Origin: a virus | IMG/VR virus record: IMGVR_UViG_3300035698_025127 | Location: 55,933-119,932 of that record | Direction: 5' to 3' (one strand) | Length of the DNA: 64,000 nucleotides | Shown: positions 10,492 to 21,213 of the stretch, piece after piece | Layout of the letters: the number at the start of each line of letters is the position of its first letter | Position numbering within the stretch: the stretch's first letter is position 1 | Notes under the pieces: generated by a model | Told to the model about the DNA's origin: nothing | The model's database searches: none | Seen by the model: only the letters and a program-made list of their open reading frames with translations | Translations under genes and position numbers: made by a program

Positions 10492-10530
10492 AATGAAAAC
10501 AAACAACAAACTTGATAACAAGGAATAATA

Positions 10531-11244
10531 TTGGCAACTTTGGTAGAAGTCGCAAAAGAATGGGATTTTGATGCAATGGATATTAGAATCTATGATGCAT
10601 CGTTGGCGTTATCTGCAATAGAATTCGAATATACAGAACGTTATTCTATGCATTTATCATATTCAACTGATCCAAGACACCATGCAAACTGGAAGTTTTT
10701 CAAGTCGGCATGTTTACTTGCTAATAACTTGGGTGTATCTGTTGATAGATATTTAAGGGTAATTTTCTATCGCGTTTCAGATGACGATTCAGACTGGACT
10801 ATCTTCCCGAGTATGATTGCCAGTTTGTGGGCTGTAAACCGCCTCACAGCCTTCAATGAGTATGTACCTTGGGTTGTATCGTCGGAACGCAAGTCGTTGC
10901 AGGACCTAGACCTTATTGTAGCTAGCAAGTATGCCATTGACAGAATGATGAAGCGTGAAAATAGTAGTTGGAATTATCCGGAGCACTTCGAGTTATTTCT
11001 TAAATCTAATAAAGACCCGGTCCACCCTATTTTTACACAAATAATGTTTAACGTTATATCGCAGAAATTTTTATCGGTTTCAAAGACATTTAACGAATGG
11101 TCGTTAAAACTTCCAGCGGATATCGTACGTGAATATATTGATACTACTAAACTAGAGAAATTACGACTCGAGTTATTGATAAATTCGAGTATTCGAACCG
11201 CCTTACAAGAGGCATTAACCACGGACCTATTAGGAGAATTTTAA
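10531..11244 (+). CDS. hypothetical protein
   Basis: 237 aa, AAGGA SD before TTG. Confidence 0.65.
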   Translation: MATLVEVAKEWDFDAMDIRIYDASLALSAIEFEYTERYSMHLSYSTDPRHHANWKFFKSACLLANNLGVSVDRYLRVIFYRVSDDDSDWTIFPSMIASLWAVNRLTAFNEYVPWVVSSERKSLQDLDLIVASKYAIDRMMKRENSSWNYPEHFELFLKSNKDPVHPIFTQIMFNVISQKFLSVSKTFNEWSLKLPADIVREYIDTTKLEKLRLELLINSSIRTALQEALTTDLLGEF

Positions 11245-11245
11245 C

Positions 11246-11656
11246 ATGAGTGATGAGAAACTGAACAAAGACGTTAACGAAGCAACCAAAGACCTGAACA
11301 CCGAATCAACTGAGAAAATGAAAAAAGCTGTTACCATTATTGAGGACGCACTTCATGGTACTCCGTATGTCTTGGTTACAATGAGTGGCGTTACTGCCCG
11401 TAGCGCCGGACATTCCATTTTGGATCAAGCATTTATGTGCAAAATGGCAAGCGAAATGATGGAATATCAAGCAAAGAATGGCTTTGCACAAATGGGATTT
11501 TTCGGTCCACCACCACAGCAACAAGGTGAAATGACTGCCGAAATTCAAGAAGCTCTTGAAAAGGCACAGCGCGAAGTTGCCGAAGAAGCTACTGAAACTG
11601 CACCTAAAGAAACAAAAGCAACTTTGAAACTGGTAGAAGCAAAAGACAGCGAATAA
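11246..11656 (+). CDS. hypothetical protein
   Basis: AGGAG SD; followed by a terminator. Confidence 0.65.
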   Translation: MSDEKLNKDVNEATKDLNTESTEKMKKAVTIIEDALHGTPYVLVTMSGVTARSAGHSILDQAFMCKMASEMMEYQAKNGFAQMGFFGPPPQQQGEMTAEIQEALEKAQREVAEEATETAPKETKATLKLVEAKDSE

Positions 11657-11663
11657 CTAATGT

Positions 11664-11693
11664 GGGGTATGCCTTTGGGCATATCCCCTTTTT
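11664..11693 (+). terminator. intrinsic terminator
   Basis: GGGGTATGCC-tttg-GGCATAtCCCC followed by T5. Confidence 0.75.
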
Positions 11694-11704
11694 AAGGACT
11701 TATT

Positions 11705-12025
11705 ATGGTAGAAGAACAAGATATTTACAGAAAATTAGGTATTCCGGCAAAAGCTGTAAGGCGCGCTATGCTTGATTCCGAGAAATTATCTATTGATAAT
11801 AGACAGTTTTTTGCAGAACATAGATTTTTTTCTACAAAAGAACTTTGTAAAATGTTTGATATTTCAAAAAAAGAAGTAAAACAGTCAAGGTTATTTTACA
11901 AAATTCCACCTGTCAAAATGGGCAAATCATTAAAAGCTATTTTCGTTTATATCGGGGATGATGGTGGTTATGTGCCAAAAGATGAGTTGGGTTACTCAAA
12001 TATTTTAGAGAAGGGCAAGAAATAA
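11705..12025 (+). CDS. hypothetical protein, possible HTH
   Basis: FSTKELCKMFDISKKEV is HTH-like. Confidence 0.5.
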   Translation: MVEEQDIYRKLGIPAKAVRRAMLDSEKLSIDNRQFFAEHRFFSTKELCKMFDISKKEVKQSRLFYKIPPVKMGKSLKAIFVYIGDDGGYVPKDELGYSNILEKGKK

Positions 12026-12843
12026 TGTCAAAATCAGAATTTATCCCGGGCGCGGGAATGCTATCGGGGCCAAAGGTGACGCCCCTTACTGACGTTACAA
12101 AACAAAAGGCAGCTGACGCCTATGAAGTTCGTGAATTTATGAAACGTGCCGATACTCTGGGAATTGACCCATTAAAACTTGTTGTCGACATGATTGAGGC
12201 AAAAAATACAACATATCCGAAAGCCTATGAGACATACCTGATTGAAAAGGGTATGCTCACAGAAAATCGGGAACTTACCGATCATGGTAGACGAACACTT
12301 GAATTCCATGGGACCGTTTTGCCTGCAACAGGTGAAGGCATTCCCATTACTAGAGAGCCGGAAAATCCAGAGCTTACAGCTGCATACAAAAAAATGTCTG
12401 AAGATTATTTTGATGATAGCACTGTACGCGTCAATGAAGATACGCCTTCGATTTTTAGTCACAATACAGAAAATATTTTCCTGTGGGAACAGTTTATTTC
12501 GTTTTATCTTGATATTCATAAAAACTTATTATCAGATAGAACATCAGAATCTTCTAAGATTAGACAGAATATTATTGGTAAGCTAGCAAGATTTAAACTA
12601 GATGTTGAAAAGTATGGCGAAAATTATTTGAAGGAATTGGTGCTTAGATATCAAACTCACAATATATTTTTGCACAACAGATATCTATTAGGCTATTCTG
12701 ACCATCAGATTAGTGAAAAGATGAAACAACTGAAAAGCGATATCGGTAGTATGACAGAATGGGTACAAACTAAAAAAGTTGAAGATACACCAATTAAAAA
12801 AGTCAAAAAGCCAAGCAGACCGAAAAAAGCAAAGGCTAAATAA
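12025..12843 (+). CDS. hypothetical protein
   Basis: 272 aa, coupled, Lys-rich C-terminus. Confidence 0.65.
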   Translation: MSKSEFIPGAGMLSGPKVTPLTDVTKQKAADAYEVREFMKRADTLGIDPLKLVVDMIEAKNTTYPKAYETYLIEKGMLTENRELTDHGRRTLEFHGTVLPATGEGIPITREPENPELTAAYKKMSEDYFDDSTVRVNEDTPSIFSHNTENIFLWEQFISFYLDIHKNLLSDRTSESSKIRQNIIGKLARFKLDVEKYGENYLKELVLRYQTHNIFLHNRYLLGYSDHQISEKMKQLKSDIGSMTEWVQTKKVEDTPIKKVKKPSRPKKAKAK

Positions 12844-13583
12844 TGGAATTTCCAAAGAAACGAGATCCATTCTTTTCAATGACAAAGTTTACAACCTTTG
12901 AAAGTTGTGGGTATAAATATGCCTTTCAGTACAGGAAGCGCATTCCCCAACCCGCAAACAAGTATTTAATCGCTGGTATTGCAGTCCATGAAGCCCTAGA
13001 ATGGGCCCTGAAGGAGTTTAACGACGGTGTTAAACATACGACTAAGGAAATTATGTTAAAAGCCCTTCAGCACGCTTCTCCGAGACTTCCAGAATTAATT
13101 GTGGAATCCCATAAACAGGACATTGTAGATATTATTTCAAAATCACTTCTACAATACGATGCATATAAGTTATTCAAACCCGATATGATACCTGAATCAA
13201 CATTGCGACTAGAATACAACGATATTCCACTTGTGATGAAAGCAGACATTATTTATCAACCTGAAGGTTCTAAAAATCTTCTTATTGGAGATTACAAAAC
13301 CAGTTCTGCCTTTCACAAGAAAGACGTCATTTTTCAAGCGTCTCTATATCATCATAGCGTTAAGCAATTGATGCCAAAATCTAACCCGACTTTTGCGGCA
13401 ATTATGTTAAAGTTAAACAAAATTTATACAGTAGATCCGTGGCCAGAAGATAAGTTCTGGGGATATGTAACGCGCTTGACGGAAGAAATTCGCAAAGAAG
13501 ACTGGAAGCCGAATACAAAAAGCTGTTTTGCCTTTAATTCGCCATGTCCATTTTCAAAAAGGTGTCCGTACTTTAGAAGCTAA
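12843..13583 (+). CDS. PD-(D/E)XK exonuclease (RecB/AddB/Cas4-like)
   Basis: C.YKY, G.AVH, ADII, GDYKT, Q..LY, C-terminal Cys cluster. Confidence 0.82.
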   Translation: MEFPKKRDPFFSMTKFTTFESCGYKYAFQYRKRIPQPANKYLIAGIAVHEALEWALKEFNDGVKHTTKEIMLKALQHASPRLPELIVESHKQDIVDIISKSLLQYDAYKLFKPDMIPESTLRLEYNDIPLVMKADIIYQPEGSKNLLIGDYKTSSAFHKKDVIFQASLYHHSVKQLMPKSNPTFAAIMLKLNKIYTVDPWPEDKFWGYVTRLTEEIRKEDWKPNTKSCFAFNSPCPFSKRCPYFRS

Positions 13584-13600
13584 TGATATAGACTATAATT

Positions 13601-14446
13601 ATGGGTAGTCGAGGAAACCCGGCTGCCCATTTTTCTTATAGTAAAGGTGAAAAAAATTTGCACTATCATAACGAGAAATATGGTATTACGTTATATTGTG
13701 GAAAATGCGAGGATATAGCCCCGCAATTTGACGCAAACAGTATTGATACAATAATAACGGACCCGCCTTATGGCACAACTGCATGTTCGTGGGATTCTAT
13801 TATTTCGTTTGAAGAAATGTGGAGTTTTATTAACAAGGTAAAAAAAGACAATTCCCCAATTATATTAACGGCAAGTCAACCATTTACGTCAAGTTTAATT
13901 GCTTCAAATTATAGTCAATTCAAATGTTGCTGGACTTGGGTTAAAACTAATTGCGGCAACTATATGATGGCTAAGTATGTACCATTAAAATACACTGAAG
14001 ATATAATTGTATTTAGTGATGGCGGTACAAATACTAATTGTACTATCCCTATGAAATACAATCCACAGGGGTTAAGGCGCATTGATAAGAATATCAAAAG
14101 TATTCCGGTCAAAGCCGAAGGTATTAATAGATATAACAGACTTGACCAGGCACGCGTACAGAAATTTACAAATTACCCTAAGAATATACTATATTTCGAT
14201 TCGGTTAAAACTCCTGTTCACCCAACCCAAAAACCAACTACATTAATGGATTATTTAGTAAATACTTATTCTGATCTTGGTGATACAATTTTGGATTTTA
14301 CAATGGGTTCTGGGACTACCGGTGTAGCTTGTATTAATACCGGTAGAAAATTTATAGGAATTGAAATGGACGAGAAATACTTTAAAATTGCAGTTAAAAG
14401 GATTGAAACTGCAATTGAAGAAGTTGAATTAGACATGTTTAGATAG
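13601..14446 (+). CDS. beta-class N6-adenine/N4-cytosine DNA methyltransferase
   Basis: TDPPY, HPTQKP, LDFTMGSGTT, FIGIE. Confidence 0.9.
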   Translation: MGSRGNPAAHFSYSKGEKNLHYHNEKYGITLYCGKCEDIAPQFDANSIDTIITDPPYGTTACSWDSIISFEEMWSFINKVKKDNSPIILTASQPFTSSLIASNYSQFKCCWTWVKTNCGNYMMAKYVPLKYTEDIIVFSDGGTNTNCTIPMKYNPQGLRRIDKNIKSIPVKAEGINRYNRLDQARVQKFTNYPKNILYFDSVKTPVHPTQKPTTLMDYLVNTYSDLGDTILDFTMGSGTTGVACINTGRKFIGIEMDEKYFKIAVKRIETAIEEVELDMFR

Positions 14447-14454
14447 GAGACATT

Positions 14455-15054
14455 ATGAAAACGTGGAAAGACGGCGAGAGAAAAGTAGCAAAGTTATTAG
14501 AAGAATGGTGGGGCATTAAGTTTTATAGGTCACCAGAATCAGGTGGCATGGCAACTACAAGAGCAAATTCTTTGCCAAAATCTATGGTACGAAATAGCAT
14601 CGGCGACATTATCTGTGACCAGTTAGATCCAACACTTGACCCTGTTTATGGGTTTCCGTTTGCAGTCGAGGTAAAATGTTACAAACAGATATCTCTATAT
14701 TCGCTTATGACGAAGCCAGACGTTACCTCTAAGCCACTTTTAGAGCAATTTTGGGACCAAGCTATAGACCAAGCTAACAAAGCGCAACGTCAGCCGATTT
14801 TGATTTTCAAAGAAGACAGAAAGCCATTTTTCTGTGGCATTTATGCCGACCTGCTTTACAAGATTATTGAAGTTATGCCAGAGCAAACTGAAGACGTTTT
14901 GAATCACGTCATTTTTCACAAAGACATAGCATTAATGCAGTGGGCAAAGTTTTTTGAATATTTTCCACGAGAATTCGTAGAAATTACAATCAAAAAATAT
15001 CAATTAGCAGTACCTAACATTAACATAGAACAAAACCACGAGACACTGGTATAG
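14455..15054 (+). CDS. Holliday junction resolvase (Hjc-like)
   Basis: GERKVAKLL, R.P.SGG, GDI, VEVK, WDQA...PILIFK. Confidence 0.8.
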   Translation: MKTWKDGERKVAKLLEEWWGIKFYRSPESGGMATTRANSLPKSMVRNSIGDIICDQLDPTLDPVYGFPFAVEVKCYKQISLYSLMTKPDVTSKPLLEQFWDQAIDQANKAQRQPILIFKEDRKPFFCGIYADLLYKIIEVMPEQTEDVLNHVIFHKDIALMQWAKFFEYFPREFVEITIKKYQLAVPNINIEQNHETLV

Positions 15055-15056
15055 AC

Positions 15057-15749
15057 ATGCAAAATAAAATTATTTGTGCTGACTGTTTAGACATTATTCC
15101 GGGAATTGAAGACAAAAGTATAGATATTTTAATTACAGACCCGCCATACAAAATTTCAACACACGGCAATGGTTTGGCAAAAGACCGCAAAGGGTGGGTA
15201 AATGATATTAGAAAAGACGGGATCGACGTATTTGATCCAATTCCATTTTTAGAGGCTATAAAGCCAAAACTAAAGCTATTTCACGCATATATATTTACTT
15301 CAAAGAGTTTGCTAAGTACATATATAAATTGGATTGAAGAGCAGGGATATGGCTGGGATATGATTATTATGGCAAAATCAAATCCTATTCCTGCAAAATC
15401 GAATAAGTATCTTAACGATAAAGAATATTGTTTGTTTATTCGTGAGCCAGGCGGGTGCTATTTCAACAATAAGGCTGATTATAGTCTATATTATACCGTT
15501 AAACAAACTATATCCAAAAAACCTGAATATGGACATCCCACAGAAAAGCCATTACACATTATTGCAGATTTTATCAAACTGTCTTCGCGCCCGGGCGATC
15601 TTGTGTTTGATCCGTATTTAGGCTCTGGTACAACTGCTGTTGCGTCTCTTTTACTACAAAGAAATTTTCTAGGCATAGAAAACAAATCTAAATATGTAAA
15701 AATTGCAAAAAAACGCATTGACGCGCATATAAACGATATGTTTATATAA
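15057..15749 (+). CDS. beta-class DNA methyltransferase
   Basis: TDPPY, HPTEKP, FDPYLGSGTT, FLGIE. Confidence 0.9.
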   Translation: MQNKIICADCLDIIPGIEDKSIDILITDPPYKISTHGNGLAKDRKGWVNDIRKDGIDVFDPIPFLEAIKPKLKLFHAYIFTSKSLLSTYINWIEEQGYGWDMIIMAKSNPIPAKSNKYLNDKEYCLFIREPGGCYFNNKADYSLYYTVKQTISKKPEYGHPTEKPLHIIADFIKLSSRPGDLVFDPYLGSGTTAVASLLLQRNFLGIENKSKYVKIAKKRIDAHINDMFI

Positions 15750-15787
15750 GTTTTGTCAATCGAAGATAACATTAAAGGAAGTTAATA

Positions 15788-16159
15788 ATGAAAAAAGAAT
15801 TATTTGTATTATTAGAGGGACCGAATAAATACATTGCGTCTTCTAGTATGTTTGCAAAACGCGATTTATATACAGCGTTTAAAAATGCTGGCATACTAAA
15901 AGAAAAATTTGTGAAAGTTGGGTTTTACGGACTTGGGTTTATTGGCCATGTTTCGTATAATGAATTTGCTCGCGCACACCCGAGGGCAGTAGCTGGAGAA
16001 ATTAAACGTGATTGGGATAAACTTATTAGTAACTTAGATGATAAGTATCGTATTGTTTCCAGTGACAGAGAGGTTTATTTTGCTCCCGAAGTGGTATCGT
16101 TGCCGCAAGCGCAATGGGAGAAATTTTTTACAGATAGTGATAATTACGTAATAGTATAG
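15788..16159 (+). CDS. hypothetical protein
   Basis: AAGG SD, 123 aa. Confidence 0.6.
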   Translation: MKKELFVLLEGPNKYIASSSMFAKRDLYTAFKNAGILKEKFVKVGFYGLGFIGHVSYNEFARAHPRAVAGEIKRDWDKLISNLDDKYRIVSSDREVYFAPEVVSLPQAQWEKFFTDSDNYVIV

Positions 16160-16166
16160 GTTAATT

Positions 16167-16517
16167 ATGAAAATAGTAGAAATTACAGCGACCGGGGATG
16201 TTGCACAATTTAGTCATAAATTACAGACAAGTCAGGATCCAGAGATTCGTCGCCGCATTAAAAAAGCGATTGCATTAATGGATGTAGATATTGATGACGA
16301 TGATGACGATGAATTACAAGAGAGCAAGAAACATAGTTTAGACGTTTTTCTTATTTCAAATATCGGCGAAAAAGTTTTAGACGATATTTCTGATGGCGAT
16401 ATCATATTATATAACAAAAAACCGGTTAAAATAAAGAAACTTCTACTTAATTACCTAACAAAGAAAGCGACATTCGATTTAGCAAACGGTAAATATGCCG
16501 TACTTGATATTAAATAA
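16167..16517 (+). CDS. hypothetical protein with acidic run
   Basis: 116 aa. Confidence 0.55.
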   Translation: MKIVEITATGDVAQFSHKLQTSQDPEIRRRIKKAIALMDVDIDDDDDDELQESKKHSLDVFLISNIGEKVLDDISDGDIILYNKKPVKIKKLLLNYLTKKATFDLANGKYAVLDIK

Positions 16518-16520
16518 TGT

Positions 16521-16931
16521 ATGGAAACAACAAAGGTTTATTATATTCACTATAGGGATTTCAAAGTTGACAAGTACCCCGTGATCTATACTTTGTTTTC
16601 AAATAACGAAGATACTATGGTACTTAACATTCATTATTTAGTAAAGATATTTAACCCTAACTTTTACAGACATAAAAACAAAACACTGGAACAAACCGTA
16701 GAACAACTGCGAAGATTGCGTAAGCATCCGGCATTGATGCGGTTTTTTCAGTTTATAGAATCAAGAAAATTCGATTCTATGAGTTATGAAACCCGCTATA
16801 GAATCATATCCAAACAGTGGCCCAAGATTACAAAAGCTACTATCCGTCATTATAAAACAAACAGAATAAGAGTTTTGTGGTCCGAAGATAAAGATAACTT
16901 GGATGTAAAACTCAACGAATATAAATTTTAA
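16521..16931 (+). CDS. DNA end-protector protein, T4 gp2-like (putative)
   Basis: DKYP...LNIHYL...IRHY resembles the gp2 core. Confidence 0.5.
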   Translation: METTKVYYIHYRDFKVDKYPVIYTLFSNNEDTMVLNIHYLVKIFNPNFYRHKNKTLEQTVEQLRRLRKHPALMRFFQFIESRKFDSMSYETRYRIISKQWPKITKATIRHYKTNRIRVLWSEDKDNLDVKLNEYKF

Positions 16932-16945
16932 GGTTTTGATATATA

Positions 16946-19900
16946 ATGGCCAATGAACTTAATATTAAATTAGCAATAGAGAACAAAAAGAAATTTACCA
17001 AAGAAATTTCAGATACTTATGAGTCTTTGTTTTCTAATGCAATGCAAAAATCAGTCAAAAAAATCAGAACTGATACAACATGGCTTAAAGGTAAACCGAC
17101 AAAAGTAGATATTTTTGAGCATGTTGAACTTAAACCATCTAAGAAAATGGCCGGTCAGCTTAATGAAATTTTAAAAGGGCAAGCAGTTACTGCATTTGAA
17201 GCTAATAAGAAACTATCTAAAGAATATGTGGAGTCTATAACTAAAGATTTAAATTTGGCAAATAAGTCTATTTTTAAAGACAATAAATCAATGCAGGGTA
17301 TGTTGCTTGCACAGGCACAAAAATCAAAAATATCAATTGAAAAACTACAAAATGAATATCTTACTAGCTTAAAAACTATGTATACAAAAGGCACACAAGA
17401 TGATATATTATATGCTGAAACTGCATGGCAAACATATAATTTGTTGCTTGAAAGGGCAGAACAAAAAATACAGGAATTTGAAGCTTCAGGGGAAACAAGG
17501 GAAACACAAGAAGAAATTATAGAGAAAAGTTTCTTTTCGAAGCGCAGAGCGGCTGTTATTGAGCAAAGTATGGATATATATAATTCCAAAATTGTGTCAT
17601 GGGGTAAGAATTTAGTGCAGGCCTATTTATCATGGGAAGCCATTAAAGGTTCTATTGTTGACGTTGCAAACATACAATCGAAATTAACAATTCAGGCTAT
17701 TGCTGCTAATAAGCCCATTAGTGAATTATATGACAATGTTGAGAGTATCGCCCAAGCTACATTGGATTATGATGCATCTGCAACTCTTGTGGGTGTTTTT
17801 GCAAATGAAGGCCCAAAAGCAAGTATGGCACTTGATTTAATTGGGACGCAATTAGGACAACTTTCATTTTTAGGGACGGAGATTAGAGATGACGTTGCCG
17901 GTGGAATCGGGGCGATTGTAAGCCTGTCAAAAGACGGCGGCGCATCCTTGGGTGATTTTGCCGATTCCATTTTGAGCATTGCAAACACAGAAACGCGCTC
18001 TCAGATATTCTCGAACCTTATAAATACTTCCAAAACAATGGGTAAACAGGGCGTTACATGGCTAAAGAGAGCTGGGCGTGGATTCTCACAGCTTGAAAAA
18101 GTAATGACTGGTGTTGGTATTTCGTCCGGTGCAATTCGATCTATCTTTTCGGATATTGAGAAAATCAAAATACTTGATCCGACTTCTCCAATGGGGCAAC
18201 TTATTATGCGTTTTGGAGGCCGGGAGTCTATCTTTGAGATCAAGAAAGGTAATATTAAACCGGCATTTGACGCAATGACAAAATTTGCGCAACAATATCG
18301 TTCAGCGTTTACGATGGATACACCAGCAGCCATTTTACAACGAGAGCAACTTGCCGAAATGTTTGATTTGACGCCAGACATTATGGAAGCAATTTCTCAG
18401 CTTGCAAATACCGGTAGTTCTGCTTTGACAAAACAGCTTAAACTAGCAGAAGCACAACGTAAAGGTGGTAAAGAACTAGAAAACATTTATATGGAATATG
18501 CTAAGACTGACCCAACTTATGGATTAAAGTTATTTGCCCTTAAATTAGATGACATGCTAAAGAGTTTTGGCAAAGAAATAGTCCCCTATATTCCTGGCAT
18601 TATGAAAGTTATGAATGAAACGTTTACTCAACAGAATATGAAAGATGTTGCAAAATCACTTGCAACGTTTGCAACTGTTGGTGTTCCTCTTATTGTTGGG
18701 GCTCTTAAAGGCGTCGGCGCTTTGTTTGGTGGCCTAGACTTTATAACTGGTGGTGGCGGGAATGCTATTATGGGCGGACTTAAAACACTTATCGGCATTA
18801 AAATTGCAGGGCTTTTCAAATGGATTTTCGGTAAAAAGTTATTAATGAAAGTTCTTAAAGGTGCAACAGCAAAGACAGCGGTCGCATTTTCTGGCTTATT
18901 TACCGGACTTTCGCGCGCATGGGATGCGACAATGAAAAGCGGAAGCATGTTACATTCTATAATGGCCTTTGGTGGTGGATTTATTGAGGGGATGTTTAAG
19001 TTCTTTTCGACTATCCCAACAATGTTATTTGACGCTTTATTTGATACTAATATTACTGGGTTTGTTGATAATATGTTTGACAATATGCACAAATCCATTG
19101 ACGTTATTTTCCGGGATGGCATATTCGGGTTCTTCCAAGACTTGTGGCGAATTGTACGCGGCAAAGTTACGGAAATGGCCGATACGGCATGGAGTATTGC
19201 CAAAGCCGGTGGCGACGTATTGGCAGTATTGGGTGCAGCAGGCGCTCCTATGGGCCATAAGGTTGCCGGGCGCGAAAGGAAACGCAAGAAGACGTCGAAA
19301 AGAGCCCAAGACCCTCTAATTGTCGGGATGGCAATTGGTGGAGCCCTTGCAGTGAAAGAATCTAAAGGTGCCAAAGGAATGCGGGGATATGAGCATTTAG
19401 GCATAAAAAACAAAAAAGGCATAAATGTCAACCTTACAAAATCTTTTGGTGACGATTTACAAAGCGCACTTGATGGAGTGCCGCTAAGCATTAAAGACCA
19501 ATTACAAATAAATTATGCTTCAAGAAGTGGCGCTACACAAATAAAATTGTTTAATGCAGCTCTTGAAAAGGAAGGCTATCCTGCATATGGCAAACCGGGT
19601 TCACCTAAACATGCAGTTGGTGGAGTAGCGTTCCCGGGCACAAGTCGCCATGAAAAAGGTTTGGCTGTTGATATAGGCGGTATAGGTAGTTTGAGCCCGG
19701 AAGATAGAAGGGTACTATTATTAGAACTAAAAAGATATGGTCTTGGCCGCGGGCAAGGCCTTGGTATTGAAAAGCATCATATCGAACGTATTAAGGGTGG
19801 AGCTGAAGCATCATATTTAAGATCAGCACAAAATTCATCTAGGATGACCACACCAGCATCTATGCCAGTTGCTAGCAATCAGTCAACTTCTAATGCTAGT

Positions 19901-20050
19901 ATGCAATCAACAAATGAATTGCGCGGACAACTAAATCGCGTTGTTAATTTATTAGCAAGTATTGATAATACTTCTACAGATGCAAACAAAGATAATAAAA
20001 TAGCTAATGCTTTAACATCGGCTAATATCGAATTAACAAAGTTAGTATAA
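16946..20050 (+). CDS. tape measure protein with C-terminal M15 (VanY-like) peptidase
   Basis: 1034 aa, helical Ala/Gly-rich with hydrophobic segments; SRS..Q, PGTSRHEKGLAVDI, EKHH Zn motifs. Confidence 0.78.
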   Translation: MANELNIKLAIENKKKFTKEISDTYESLFSNAMQKSVKKIRTDTTWLKGKPTKVDIFEHVELKPSKKMAGQLNEILKGQAVTAFEANKKLSKEYVESITKDLNLANKSIFKDNKSMQGMLLAQAQKSKISIEKLQNEYLTSLKTMYTKGTQDDILYAETAWQTYNLLLERAEQKIQEFEASGETRETQEEIIEKSFFSKRRAAVIEQSMDIYNSKIVSWGKNLVQAYLSWEAIKGSIVDVANIQSKLTIQAIAANKPISELYDNVESIAQATLDYDASATLVGVFANEGPKASMALDLIGTQLGQLSFLGTEIRDDVAGGIGAIVSLSKDGGASLGDFADSILSIANTETRSQIFSNLINTSKTMGKQGVTWLKRAGRGFSQLEKVMTGVGISSGAIRSIFSDIEKIKILDPTSPMGQLIMRFGGRESIFEIKKGNIKPAFDAMTKFAQQYRSAFTMDTPAAILQREQLAEMFDLTPDIMEAISQLANTGSSALTKQLKLAEAQRKGGKELENIYMEYAKTDPTYGLKLFALKLDDMLKSFGKEIVPYIPGIMKVMNETFTQQNMKDVAKSLATFATVGVPLIVGALKGVGALFGGLDFITGGGGNAIMGGLKTLIGIKIAGLFKWIFGKKLLMKVLKGATAKTAVAFSGLFTGLSRAWDATMKSGSMLHSIMAFGGGFIEGMFKFFSTIPTMLFDALFDTNITGFVDNMFDNMHKSIDVIFRDGIFGFFQDLWRIVRGKVTEMADTAWSIAKAGGDVLAVLGAAGAPMGHKVAGRERKRKKTSKRAQDPLIVGMAIGGALAVKESKGAKGMRGYEHLGIKNKKGINVNLTKSFGDDLQSALDGVPLSIKDQLQINYASRSGATQIKLFNAALEKEGYPAYGKPGSPKHAVGGVAFPGTSRHEKGLAVDIGGIGSLSPEDRRVLLLELKRYGLGRGQGLGIEKHHIERIKGGAEASYLRSAQNSSRMTTPASMPVASNQSTSNASMQSTNELRGQLNRVVNLLASIDNTSTDANKDNKIANALTSANIELTKLV

Positions 20051-20060
20051 GGTAAACATA

Positions 20061-20810
20061 ATGCCTAGTTATAGAAATTCAGTTAGAGGGTTTATACTAC
20101 CGATAAGAAACTTCTCGGAAATAGGAGTAAGTAAAATAGCACCTATCTTTTTCCAATCAAATCCACAAATAACAGATTCAAAATCTGCTAGTTATGGTGG
20201 TGACACCCCAATGGGTAGAGCAGAAGGATTCTTAAATTATTCTAGTAGTACAAATAGATCGTTTAGCCTTACATTACAATATACGGCAGTAAGTTCCGAA
20301 TATGATACATTATGGGTAGCTCAACAAGTTTCACGAATAAAAGCACTCGTATACCCTATATATAGTCGTAGCAATAGAACAGCAAAAGAAACTTTTGCGA
20401 CTCCGCCGATGATTCTTTTGAATTATGGTCTGCAATATGTAAATATTCCCTGCAAAGTTTTAGATTATAGTAGCAATATTGAAGATGGCACCCCTATTGA
20501 TTCCCGTACAATGTTACCATATGTTACTACAATAACTATCAATTTACAGACGTCGTATCCATATGGATACGTGCCTGGACATGATGACATTGCAACTAAA
20601 TTTTCAAGTGATGATCCTAATGGCGACCGTGGCGATTCAATATTGCCATCTATCGGAGTACCTAACATTGAAAATAGTAGATATGAAAAGGAAAGTCCAT
20701 TTCCTAGAGGTATTAGCGCGGATAGACAAAACATAGCTGCACGATATAATGGTACAAATGCAACCGTGGCAAAGACTCGCCCACTCGGGTCTTTAAAGTG
20801 GGGTAATTAA
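20061..20810 (+). CDS. baseplate/tail-tube initiator-like protein
   Basis: follows the TMP; MGRAE..NY..TNRSFSLTL, PPMILLNYG. Confidence 0.6.
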   Translation: MPSYRNSVRGFILPIRNFSEIGVSKIAPIFFQSNPQITDSKSASYGGDTPMGRAEGFLNYSSSTNRSFSLTLQYTAVSSEYDTLWVAQQVSRIKALVYPIYSRSNRTAKETFATPPMILLNYGLQYVNIPCKVLDYSSNIEDGTPIDSRTMLPYVTTITINLQTSYPYGYVPGHDDIATKFSSDDPNGDRGDSILPSIGVPNIENSRYEKESPFPRGISADRQNIAARYNGTNATVAKTRPLGSLKWGN

Positions 20811-20811
20811 T

Positions 20812-21111
20812 ATGCCTTTTTCACAAAACTCAAAGTATACCAGGAATAGTGTTAAGTATATTGATAATAACAATAAATTGCAAGTCTGGTACAATAGGCC
20901 AACTATTGAACAGCATAGTACTGATGAAGTTATTATGGTAGAAGCTGGTGAGCTTATGAGGCCGGACAAAATAGCTAATAGAATGTACGGAAAACCCAAC
21001 TTATCTTGGGTAATTATTCTGACAAACCAAATTTTCGATATTAGAGAATTTTATGTTGGACGTCAATTGCGTATTCCCAAACTGGAAAGGATTCAGGGAT
21101 TTATATTATAA
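20812..21111 (+). CDS. LysM-like baseplate wedge protein (gp53-like)
   Basis: RPDKIANRMYG..LSWVI..N...GRQLRIP. Confidence 0.75.
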   Translation: MPFSQNSKYTRNSVKYIDNNNKLQVWYNRPTIEQHSTDEVIMVEAGELMRPDKIANRMYGKPNLSWVIILTNQIFDIREFYVGRQLRIPKLERIQGFIL

Positions 21112-21146
21112 GCATCTAACCCTTCCAATACGAGATTAATTAAAAC

Positions 21147-21175
21147 TTGACATAAAAGCCAAAGTGTGGTATAGT
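21147..21175 (+). promoter_or_regulatory. sigma70-type promoter
   Basis: TTGACA-17-TATAGT with extended TG. Confidence 0.8.
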
Positions 21176-21213
21176 ATTCGTGAATGAACAAACCTTTTCA
21201 CGGAGTACAGTAT

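Noticed and set aside
12843-13583. Cas4 as part of a CRISPR-Cas locus
   Set aside because: No other cas genes or array; this is a common phage recombination exonuclease.
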